From Daphnia carinata (lineage: Eukaryota), in the NCBI RefSeq assembly GCF_022539665.2, contig NC_081332.1:5332001-5396000 (forward strand): DNA of 64,000 bases, given 5' to 3'. The notes beneath the pieces were generated by a model. It did no database searches and was not told the origin of the DNA. It saw only the letters and a list, made by a program, of their open reading frames with translations. The position numbers were made by a program, and so were the translations under genes. This document shows positions 46,620-58,359 of the stretch, piece by piece; the stretch's first letter is position 1; each line of letters starts with the position of its first letter.

Positions 46620-49600
46620 CGCAAGAGCGCAAACAATTCCCCAATTTTTTGTTTGTTTGGTTGTCCTCCACCACTTTTAAAAATAGCAACACCTAAAAAC
46701 TCTTGTTGTTTTCTACGAGACCAGCAAAAGAAATCAACAAGCCAAAAGTCATTTGTTTTCTTTTTTTTTTGTTCAGAGCCAGAGCCAAGTTTTTACGAAA
46801 TAAAAAAAAAAACAGGGGCAGGAGAGAATAAGATATATTACCGAGAAATGTTATTCAAATGACCCCGTTTCGCGTATTTGCCCTCCCCCAAAAATATTCT
46901 TTTAAAAACATTTTTCTTGGTGAAATAGAATCAAAATTTGTGGCAATATATCAACCTATCAATCCATGAAAAAAAAAAGGGCTACCCCGAGGATTTCATT
47001 AACTTAAAAAAAAAAATAATAATAAGGGAGGAGATTTAAAGCTCTCGATTGTGACTCTTTCTTAGCGGCCGTTCGCCAATTTTCAGATAGTCGGAGGTCA
47101 TTCGCCCCCCCAAACGCCAAAAAATGTTTTTCCCTTTTAAAACTAAACATGTTTCAATCGACGATCATTAAAGAAAAATACCGATCCATCAAAAGCCGCT
47201 AAAGAAAAACATGTTTAAAAATAGAAGTGGCCTATTAGCGACTGGACTTTAGTTGACAAGCAGAACTTTTCTTTTTTTTTGAAAACTTGAAATGATGAAT
47301 GGCCTACAACTCGCGTGTAACGTACGCAGGAATGTTGCCAAATTGTCGCTTCCAAAAAAAAAAAAAAATGCGCGATAAAAAATAAATTCTGGAACTGGAA
47401 TGAGGAAACCGGGCTCGATGGGGTCATAGGTCGTAAGGGCCTGAAAAGTCCGAGAGGTACGGGGTGAGCAGGAAGAACAGGCTCGTGCTGTCTTTTGACA
47501 TGGCACGGACCAAAAAAAAAAAAAAATTTAAAACTTTGTTCTCCCCCCCCCTCTTTATTTTAAATGATAGAATGCACGCCATCTGTTGACTTGTACCGTA
47601 GGAAAATTTAAAAAGGTGGTCCAAAACTGGAAAAAAAGGGGGGGGGGGGGAAACGAAAAATTTCGCACATCAATGGCAAAGATATTTCCGGTCATTTTCT
47701 CGTGTTTTTGTACCGAGTGCAGAGTGTTATTTGAATCTTCCCTTGATGTAACCTCATTTGACCCCTTTTAAAACAGATTCTTTTTTTTTTCTTTCTATGT
47801 GTATACACAAAAAAAAAAAAAAAAGGATGGACAAACGCGAGTTTCGATGACAAACGTACCGGAAGTTATCTCGTCTTTGGGTGTACGACATACGCGATCC
47901 ATGTGTGTTTTCGTCAATAAGAAAGGACAAGAGAAGGGTCATACGAAAGGTTAAATAAAAATCTGTTTTCGAAAGCTGAAGTCGCTTTGAATTAGCAAAT
48001 AGATCCTCGATATTAGATCCGCTAGATATGGAAACAATTCATTGAATTAGTTAAACAAGGAGAATCAAAAACAACAAAGGATAGAATTTTTTTTTTTTTT
48101 TTTATGTTTGGCACGGTAACAAAAGTATTGATCGATCCAAACATTCTTTTTCCCCTTTATTGCATCCACTGATTGACCACGCCCTTCATGGATACAATCC
48201 TCCACCTTTTACATCACATTTCTATGCTTCATATTTTGAATTTTTTTTTTTTTTCAAAAATGATCAAATTGCATTTGTGTGTCTGGGGGGTACTTGAATC
48301 TAAGAATGCCCCTTATCAAATGTAACACGATAAAAAGAAAAGTACTTGTCCTTTCCCTATTATTCCTAAATATGATAATAAGAGGATTACTGTTTTTTTT
48401 TGTTGCTATTTTGTTGTTTTTTCCGACGTTCATATTGGTCGGGAGTCGACGCTCGATGCTGATTGGTTCAACGATTTCTACTAGAAAAAAAAAAAATCAT
48501 TCCTTTGTGTCCCCCTCTGTTTAGTTACATAAAATAGGAAGGAGCAACACAACGAAAAAAAAAAAAAATAGCCTCCCCCTCCCCCTAAAAAAAAAATAGA
48601 GCGAGAAGGCGGGGGTGGTGTCGGGAGGAGGGGGGAATAGAAACATAGATACACACTCACATATATATATATATATATATATATAGAGCGATTATTGGTT
48701 GGCAAAGAAAAATGGCGTCCAACGATGGCCGCTCTACTTGTGTGTACGTAACCCCAGCGACGCTTTATATTATTTTCATTCTGGCGTCGCTTTTTCACCC
48801 TCCCCCCCACTCTCTCAAAAAAAAAAAAAAAAAAAAAGCGACACAAAAGAAAAATAGATGTGGACTTCCCAACAGAAGCAGAGAGGGTTTTTCAGAGGGT
48901 GGTGATTCACAGCCCTATGGACGTATCGAATGATAAGCTCCCTCCTACACTCGTGCGTACAGAGAAATCATATATATATATATATATAAAGAAAATGTAA
49001 TCATATATCCCCCTACCCCTTCAAAAAGAAATATTACATTTACAGAAAATAAAAAGAAAAGACAACGGCCCTACTGACCAAACTCCTCTTACTGATCCTT
49101 TCGATCAACGATATTTTATCTATAGATCCCTTTCTATTACATTTTTTTTTTTTTTAAGGCAATAATTGGAAGGCGATCTAAAAATAAAAAACAAAAATGT
49201 GGGATGATTCAAAGTAGAATTATTGCGTTGGGTTCGTACAGACACGTGTCGCGTCCAACATAAAAAGAAAAGAAAAAATTGGGTAACGGACCATTTCAGA
49301 TCCGGTGCGCTAGAATTTCTCAATAAGAAAAAGACTGGTGGTACCTTTCGATATTTTGAATGTGGACAAAGTCAACGTCTTTTGAAAAAGGAGAAGGAAA
49401 AAAAAAAAAATGTTATTTCTATTGTCGTCCGCCTTTTGAAGCAAAAGCTGGAAGAGTTGCGACGGAAATTGTTAGACAGCACCAGGTGTGAGGTCATTCG
49501 TACAAAAGAATTTCAAGAAGAAAAAGGTGTTGCGTCGAAACCGCTAAACTATTGGATATCCCCCTCTTTTTTTTTTTTAAACGTGTTTTCTGGAAAAAAA

Positions 49601-49899
49601 AGGGTATCGTACGAAAGAAAATCGTAAATCCGTCGAACACATGAAAAGCTCCAATCTACCAAGAATTTTTTTATCATTTGTTTTCTTCATTTTCCAGTAA
49701 TAGAAAATTTTTTTTTTAAAGCATATTTGGTCCAGTGAAAAAAAGGGGGGACTTCCCCGAGGTGGGAGGAGTGACGTTTCGGGAAAAGACGGGGGGTTGT
49801 TTTCGCGTTAAAAAATTTTTTTTTTCGGGGAGACTATGGCGAAAAAAAAAATGTTTTCTCGCAAGAGGGGAGAGGCCGACGAGGGTCGGATAAGGTCCG

Positions 49900-50055
49900 T
49901 CAGTTGCAATTCGGACGGAAGCCATTGAGGATCGCCTACTTCCCCCCCTTGGTTTGTGCACTGGCTCGTGTGGTTTAAGTGTTGGTTATCAAATCAAGAC
50001 ATCTTCAGTATTTAATTTTGGACAATAAAAAAAAAACAATTTCGAATTTTGGCGG
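49900..50055 (+). promoter_or_regulatory. Candidate proximal hb promoter (Inr+DPE) and non-coding exon
   Basis: TCAGTT with A+1 at 49902, GGATC at exactly +28..+32 (DPE RGWYV), and donor GG|GTGAGT at 50056. Confidence 0.55.
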
Positions 50056-51575
50056 GTGAGTTGAAAAAAACTATTTTTTAAAAATTCCCTAAATTTTTTT
50101 AAAAGTTAAAAATTGTGGGAAAGAGCCCATAAAGAAATTCGGGGGAATAATGACAGCCAAGGATGCAAAGCGGAACGAATGCGTTTCGAGACTTCTGTTT
50201 AACAAAATGTACGGACCCCAACCCGTACGTATTTTGGAATGGGAAAAAAAAAACTAAATTCGCGAAAATCGAGTTGAAATGGGGAATGTTTTTAAGTACT
50301 GGACGGTTAAAGTTAACGACCCATTTTGATGTAGGTCCATCTCAAATTCCCCTGATCCGCAATGTACCCAACGACCGTCTTGTACCTCTTTTTCTTTTCC
50401 CAAACTCAATTCCTTTGATGGCTTTATGGTCATCCAAAAAAAAAAAAAAACATGTGAGAACATCTTTGCCAATTTTAACCCAATTCCCACAGTCCGAAAA
50501 TCTGCAAATAAGGATTTCAAGAAATTAAAGCGCTACTACATTTAAAATTGACAGTCCAAAAATAAAAAGAAAAACAATTTAGGGCAAAGGCTTTTGGGAA
50601 GTACGATCCGATCAAACTGTAACAAGCCTGTAGGTCTCTATTGAATAAAAGAGTGACGATTATGTTGATTTGATCGCTGCCGAAACGTGACGAGGCCAAT
50701 TCGAACAGTAGGGCAAAAAAATAAAAGCGCATCCATGGATGTCTCTACTGATTGTATACGTAGGCCTCCTAATGTCTTTTATCTCCCATCTGCTGCATTG
50801 ACAAGAGACCTCCCGCTAGGCGGCTCTCATACAAGTTGATGCGGTTTATTCAAGTTCAGTGAAATAACAAGATCTGATTGCAATCTCTTTCTATACAAAA
50901 TCATTACTTCGCATTCGTCCTTTCATTGCTATCCCCTATTAAAACGAATAATTTCATCTCATTAAAAGCGGGAAATTCAAATGGTCATCATTGAACATCG
51001 CATCAAAATAACACCAAAAAATAGAGTTGTTAGTTTTTGCGACGACATCTGGAACGAAAAAGTCGATGACCTGGCAAGGTCGAGGTCCCACATTTGTTAC
51101 AACAAATAAAAATATTCAGATATTTTTCAAGCAAAAAGTGTAGCGCAAACACACAAAAAAAAATTTCATATTTCCTCATAGTGTGTGTGTGTGTATATAT
51201 AGTAAGTCTACATGGGAGGGTAGTTCGCCTTATTATTTGTCTTGATCCCTTTTTCCGCTTCCGCATTGATCCAGAAGCGGCTACTGGCTCGCGCGTGTCC
51301 TCTGACTCATTCAAACCAATGCCCCCCCCCCTCTCTCTCTTCTCAACCGAAAAGTCCACCACTCAGAGGCTTGCCGCTATAGCAGAATAGGTTGAGGGGA
51401 GAAAAAGAACAAGACCGATGGAAAAAAAAATGTATTTATAGGGGAGAAAGAAAAAAAAAAAATGTTAATGCGCATGCGCCGACCTGACTCTCAGTTCTTG
51501 TTTGCATCCCTTCTCTTCGCTTATTATATCTGCGCATTATGATGTGGACACACGCGCCCTATTGGATCGGGTTGA

Positions 51576-51578
<3 letters not shown>

Positions 51579-51615
<37 letters not shown>

Positions 51616-51624
51616 GGGGGGGGG
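51579..51624 (+). repeat. A29-G17 polypurine tract
   Basis: 29 A followed directly by 17 G. Confidence 0.95.
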
Positions 51625-52748
51625 TAACAAACAAAAAAAAAATTGAAGGGGTTGATGGGTTATTATTTGGTATGTACTGTGTAAAGCACGAGCTAGGTCA
51701 ATATCACCTGCATCCAAGACCTTGGCCACTTTCCCTTTTTCAAACGGCCCGTGTCCGGCCTCACTGTTGGGATAGGGTTAAGGTATTATTTTTAGGGTTC
51801 TTTTCGGACTTGTTGGGGTATAGAGGGTTAAAAAAAAGAAAAAAAGGGTTGAAGAACAAAAATATAAAAGATGGGGGGGGGGGAGAAGCGAGGCCAAAGG
51901 TTGAAGTTTGAAATAGCGCGGGTTGTTAAAAAAAAAAAAAAAAAAAGGTGAATAACAGGGTAAACGATAACAGCTGTTGATGTGTTTACGGGATAAAGAT
52001 GCGCATCTGAGTGTCAATGTGTTGAGTAGCTTTAACGGTCTATAATAAGCCCCGATCAATGACCTCCCCAGAGATTCCAATCTGACCTTATCAGATAAGC
52101 ATCTCCCTAAAAACATTTAAAAGAAAAGAAAAATCGATTTTTTAACCGATTAAAATCAACAGTTAAATGCGATTGAATTGCATTTAGATCGAATACAAAA
52201 ATTGAACATGCGGTGTTCCATTCGCTAATGTAATTCAATCAAAATTTGATTTTCCAAATGAAATGGCAAAGCAACGACCAGTTTGTGTGCAAAAATTAAT
52301 TTTTTAAAAATCGAAATTGTTTCGCATTTTTCTCCAAACGTTGACCCCGTACAAGGTGCAAAATATCCCATACAAAACAGGAATAAACAAGGCCAAAAAA
52401 ATTTCGGGAAGAAAAAAAAAAGTGAAAGGTGAACTTACAAACGACCCAGGGGTTAACAGTTCAAACGAAGCCGATAACAGCTGCATCGTCCAGCTCTTTT
52501 TAACGCTATGACAACACGATGAGTACGCCAATAATAACAAGCAATGGTCAACGACCTTTTTAGAGAGATTTCAATCTGACCTATTCTTCCCCCCCTCCCA
52601 TAAAGCCTAAAATCATTCGCCTCTTAATACAAAAAGATATGAAATCGCCCTTCAACTAACGCCATCTCTTGTTTTCTTTTTCAAGATGATTTAAACCTGC
52701 CATTGGACTCGCAACTTCAATTCAAAACAAAAAACAAAGGAAATCACT

Positions 52749-55695
52749 ATGAGCTCAACTTGTAGTGTTCCAGCAACAGCGAACCGCGCATTACAACCTC
52801 ATTCAACTGGAATTCCAGCATCAGACAACCGCGCTACGAAACAAACCAACACCCACTCCATTGAAAACGGCGGCATCAGCTACGAAGGCCGTTTAAGTTT
52901 ACTCGATTCGGCCGTTGCGCTCAACCCATCCGCAATGGAATTTGATCAGGCCGTCGTGTTGCGCCGGATCAAAGCCGAGTGCGACATGCTCGATTTTCAA
53001 TCCATCCACCATCACAACCACAAAGACAATTTCATGGGCGTCGACGTAACGGCCCTGCCCCTCTACTCAGACGGATTCAGTCCGAACCATCCGGCAAACG
53101 GATCCACTGCCGGAGGATTCCCATCCGTCGATGGAATTCAAACCGAACCACAAGCCGCGGACGGTAGCGCTATCAAAACCCCCGAATTTCCATCCACACC
53201 CGTTCGGCAGCCATCGACAGCCAATGGAATGATGACCGACCCTTCCGGAAGCAACACGAGACATCAAAACGATTCCGGCATTTCTCCCGGATCGACCGGA
53301 GCAGCCGGATCGACAAATTCAAGCAACGACGACACGAAAAAACGAAACGGAAATTCAGAGAGTTGCGGAGAAGATCCGACAGCCGGAAGCGCTGCTTCCG
53401 GATCGCCCTACAGCGACCATTATTCAGGAGATGAGCGTCGCATGCTGCTGACCCCGACGGAAGAAGACGACGATGACATGATGGAAGACGGAGCCGATGA
53501 TGATGACGACGATGAGCTACTCGATGAAGAGGGTAGCAGCCGTGGTGCAAGTTCCGACGTCGTCGGTGAGGCCCTCTCTCGTCTCGAACGCGCACTAATG
53601 ACCCAGACGGGCGGCAACGGAGTCATGGCGGATGGATCGTCCGTACCGGGTGGTTCCGTCTATCAATGCAACATGTGCTCCTACTCGGCCACATCGCGAT
53701 TCCATTTCCAGGCTCATCTAAACAGCCACTTCGATGTCAAGTGCACCTATTGCGATTTCACGGCCCGTACGGAAGGAAAATTAAGAGCCCACATCCGAAA
53801 CGCCCATTCCGATGTCGCAGGTAAATAAAGAAAACTCGCAAAAAATTCGGAAAATCAAAATGCTAATAACTCAAAATTTAAAAAAATTAAGGACTGGACG
53901 ACGAAATGGGGAATTCTCGAGTGCCCAGGGTAACGACCCAGGGGAAATTGAAAACGCACAAGTGCAAGCATCCGCAATGCGGATTCGTCGCCGTCACCAA
54001 ACTGGACTTCTGGGAGCACACGAGGACGCACATCAAAGCCGAGAAACTGCTGACCTGCCCGCACTGCCCGTTCGTCACCGAGTACAAACACCACCTGGAA
54101 TACCACACGCGCAATCATCTCAATTCCAAGCCGTTCAAGTGTCCCAAATGCAGCTATTCCTGCGTCAACAAATCCATGCTCAATTCTCACATGAAATCTC
54201 ACTCCAACGTCTATCAGGTAAAAAAAAAAAAAAAAATATTTTGAAAATTTAAAAAAATTACATCGATTACTAATTTTTTAAATGATATCGACAGTTCCGC
54301 TGCAAGGATTGCGCTTACGCCACAAAGTACCAGCACAGTCTGAAACTCCATTTGCGCAAGTACGGCCATACTTCGACATCGAAACTGAGCGACTTGGGCC
54401 CCATGGATGGATGCGAAATGGAAGTGCGCAAACCTAAAGGCCGTCGCAGTGCAAAAAAGCCCCGCCAATCGAAAAACAGCCAGCGAAACGCAGACGCCAT
54501 GACACCAAACTCCGTCGCAACCTCCGTTCAAAGCAACGATCCATCCGGATTTCATTCAAACCCGTCCGTTACTGGAAGCTCACCTTCCATGGCCCTGCAG
54601 CAAGCATTTAATTTCCCCTTGTACCCCGGAACGCACCATCCGCTGTTAAACCAGCCCCAATCGGCCGCAAACGATCAGGAAAAGAAGATCCGCAATGCTT
54701 CGACGGAAGAAATCAAATGCGGAATGTGCGATTTCTCTACGTCGAACAAAGATCACTTCTCACAGCACTTACTGGCCCACGCCGCCGCGGCCGACCAGCA
54801 TCACAGAGAGCTGGCCAATTTATTCGGAGTCATTCCGGCGGATGTGCTCAATTCCCCACCCAATCCGCCATCGAATCAAGTCCATCAGCAATCGGTGACT
54901 CCGCTCAAAGGCTCGTCCAGCACTCCCCAGCAGCATCAGATGAAGGATTATTTCAGCTGGATGCTGGCCAATCCGACTTTGCTCTTCAGCACGCCGACGG
55001 CGGCCGTCGTCCAGCACCAACAATTGACGGAACGTAAAAAATCGTCGGACACGAGCCGCACACCCACGCCGGAAGTACCCAGGCCCACCGCTACACCTCC
55101 AGCGACTATCGCGCCATCTAGTAGACCCAATCAGACACCGCTAGACCTGAGCCGCGAAAAAGATGAATTGCCTCCGGCATCCGGCGGAGTTGCAAATAAA
55201 CACAGACGCAAAGGACAAGCTTTCAAACTGGAACGTTCGGCCGCCGCTGCGGCGGCGGCGTCGTCGTCTCCGCGCCACATTGCGACGCAATCGCCATCTA
55301 CCGCCATGTCGAGTCAACCGCGCGAATCGGCTGAAGAGGACGACGACATGGAAGAAGATGCGGAAGACGAAGAAGACGAGGACGAGGAATGCGAAAAATT
55401 AGAAGAAGCAGAAACGGAACAAGAGGGCAAAGCGGGCTCGCCATTGTGGCGTCCCTCATCGAACCGGAAAGAAATCCGCAAACAGCGCAACACCAAGTGT
55501 CTGCCGGGCGGAGGCGAGTGGGGAGGAGCCTATCAGTGCTCCTACTGCGACATCGCCTTCAAAGATGTCGTCATGTACACGATGCACATGGGCTATCACG
55601 GGTTCCAGGATCCGTTCACCTGCAACATGTGCGGCCAGTCGACTCACGACAAACTGGCCTTCTTCCTCCACATCGCCCGTTCGTCGCACAGCTAG
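52749..55695 (+). CDS. hb: Hunchback zinc-finger transcription factor, about 932 aa
   Basis: Exons 52749-53820, 53892-54217 and 54295-55695. Diagnostic [70 protein letters not shown] and [24 protein letters not shown]. Upstream acceptor at 52685 has a branch point AACTAAC. Confidence 0.98.
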
Positions 55696-56534
55696 AAAAA
55701 GCAAACGACACTAGCGACGCTGTTGGCGCACTGTCCATCCTTCTAAGTCATCCGCACGTTTCTTCAAGTGTATCATCCAAATTAGAGATAAAAACAGATC
55801 AAAAGGGAGTTAAAATCAAAATTGCGTGTAATTTTTCTTTTCGAATTGTAATTTAGTTTGAAATGCTTGTGCCACTTCATTAGCTGTAGTTAAATATCCG
55901 TCGCCCCTAGTCAGACGCGCCCTCTTTATTTCATAAATGTCTCTATTATTCAAGTGTCTCATTAAAAATCCATTTCAAAGTTCGAGGAGACGTGAATCTC
56001 CGAAGGAAAAAAAACATGGAAAAGTTAAAGAAAGAAAAACGGGTATAGAACGCGAATTGATTGTCAACAAGCGGAAGTTGAAACGAATCGGAAATGTAGC
56101 ACAAGAGTCAGCCTTGCGTTTTTAGCTTTATGTCACAAGAAAACACTTGAACGATGGCCATCAATTTGTTGATCACTAAACGTATCAGTGTTGTACTGTA
56201 TAAACAAGACGAAAATATTTGTTGTGTGTGTGTTTAAAATGCGATTCTTGTTCTGTATTTCTTTCATCGTTTTTGTGAAGAAAAAAAAAGAATCCTATTT
56301 CAATTTGCCGTTCTGAAAAATTGAATGTAATCCAAGTGAAAGGACTGGAAAAGAAAAACTGACGATACTCGTTGGATGATGGTTATATAGGACCAAGTTG
56401 ATAAATGACGTGTCTAAAGAGATTCTCCACCCCATTGTCCTTCCCTGTCATCTATGTACTCATCTTTCTTTGTCGTGTGTTGACAGCACGGCTTTTTTTT
56501 TTTTTGTCAAAATGAATCATAATTTCTCTATCCA

Positions 56535-56540
56535 ATAAAA
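56535..56540 (+). terminator. Candidate hb polyadenylation signal
   Basis: AATAAA ~840 nt after the stop, followed by T-rich sequence. A second copy lies at ~56612. Confidence 0.45.
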
Positions 56541-57042
56541 AAAAACGTACAAAAATTTTTCACGCATTTCATTTTAACTTTGTTTTAAAAGCCTAACTTT
56601 ACAACATCAACAATAAAAGAATTTAACTGACTATCGGGAACCCTCAAAAATTCTTAATTTTAAAATAGAAAATTACGACGGATTACTCAACAACATAAAA
56701 AATACGGCAATGAAAACTTCTTCGAATAAGGCAAACCAAAGTTAGAAAACTCGCCGAGGAACGGTGACGCACGACTAGATGCAAACGCCATCTGATAGAC
56801 ATGTTTACATCACTGGGAAAAAACCGCGAAAAAAAATCGAAACTGGAAGCAAGATTTGGAAGAAAGGTGGCGGTAAAGAAAAGCCATCTATTGGTGATAT
56901 TAACCATTACATCAGCGGGGAAAAAACATCGGGAAAAAAACCGGGAAAAAATCGTGGAGGAAAGTATGAAGTGATCGAAAATCACATTACGCCAATAAAA
57001 AAAAACACGCAAATCTTCAACACATTGAATACGAACAAACGT

Positions 57043-57575
57043 TCTAAATGCAAATTCACATGCGCTACGTTTACGAAAAAACACGAATTTTGATTTGTCC
57101 TACCTTTACATGGCGCCAAGAAGAAAAATGGCTCTCAACCACAAGCCCCTGCCATCAGTGTGTCAGCATACATCAGTCCCTGATGAATTTTAAAAAATCT
57201 TTTAAAATTCTATTTCCCTCTTAATTTAACAAAGAAATTAACAAGTGAAAAAGAAACTTACCGGTTACACTGCCCTCCTCTCACACGCAGGGAAGAATCG
57301 CCAGCACGTGGTTTGCTCTTGATCTCTGCCACAGTTTGTGAAAATGTTATTTCTACACTTAATGTTCACTTCAGTACACTCAACCCAATTGTCCTCAAAT
57401 AGAACCAAATTCACCGTTGGAAGAATTTCAAATAAAGTAACGTCACCGAAATTGTTTCGCAAAAACCTAAATTACATTCCGACCTTACCCCACGAACACC
57501 ACGAGGCGAATGAGGTTGATGTCCTGTGCGTCATCAGCGAAGTCAATTACTCTGATCTGCAATCTGGCGGGAGGT
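57043..57575 (-). ncRNA. Candidate spliced lncRNA or micropeptide gene convergent on hb
   Basis: GC-richer exons 57575-57489, 57352-57262, 57179-57104 and 57043 onward, separated by AT-rich GT-AG introns of 136, 82 and 60 nt. Donors are GTAAGG, GTAAGT and GTAGGA. Confidence 0.45.
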
Positions 57576-58359
57576 CTGCAATTGTTTTACTTTTTTATCG
57601 ATTTAAAATTTTAAAAATACAATGTTACTTCGATAAAAATATGCATGTATTATTATTTTTTTTTTGTCTTTCTAGAGAACATGTAATTGCCATTTCTGTT
57701 GTTAAAATTATGGAAAGCAATTAGTGAATCGAAAAAGCACCAGAGAAGAAGCTTCCTTAAATTGGGTGACAATCACCATTATTCTGACCGCGCTTTTGCA
57801 TTGAGACGTTGCCTTCCTCACGACATAATTTCAATAATTATTTTACCCATAATTTCCAAACCAAATTTCACAACAGGTTTCTTTCGAGGAAAAATTCTTT
57901 AATTCAATTTTTCTCGTTATTTTTTTAATTAAAAAAATCTTAATGGTACTTTTATCGCGAAATTACGTAAAGTAGTGCAACATCTGATAGCAAATGATCT
58001 AGTTTTCGAACAAACGAACGAAAAACAGTTGATGTTTAAGGCCAATCCATCCCATATTACTGGAATTGGCATTCAGGTAAAGCACCATCGTTATTTTACA
58101 AATAGTTATCGATAGTGTCTAAAATTGGTTAATGAGTTTATCATGCCAACCAATGCCTTTCTGATCATTGTAGTGCAAAAAATGAAAGCTGATTCGCGTA
58201 GAAAGCTGATATTCTGAAAGTGTTCGTGATATAGACTTATAAATTTATTTAAACATAAAAAGGGCCTATTTTTGCCATTACATCATTAGATATGTAAGAC
58301 TGTTTCCTAATCCATCTTGATCCTTCCATTTTCCATTCAGCATTCCACTACATAGTACC

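Larger units (their letters stand above)
27400..52685. other. Homopolymer-rich non-coding region upstream of hunchback (regulatory region and 5' UTR introns)
   Basis: No credible coding exons. ORF-track hits are poly-K/poly-F artefacts of very dense A/T runs of 10-30 nt. Confidence 0.8.

Noticed and set aside
47441..47464. Hammerhead-ribozyme-like CTGAAAA-GTCC-GAGA-GGTAC
   Set aside because: Essential core bases are missing (no G8, GAAA replaced by GGGG) and there are no supporting stems I/III.
50453..50491. Su(H) paired site (SPS)
   Set aside because: The orientation fits, but the spacer is 23 nt rather than the ~15-17 nt required.
27186..52540. Many 60-150 aa ORFs in the desert, including the polyQ ORF at 33641-33985
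   Set aside because: They are poly-K/poly-F translations of homopolymers and microsatellites with no exon structure.
56779..57093. 104-aa K/G-rich plus-strand ORF
   Set aside because: Explained by an A-rich local duplication, with no domain or splice support.
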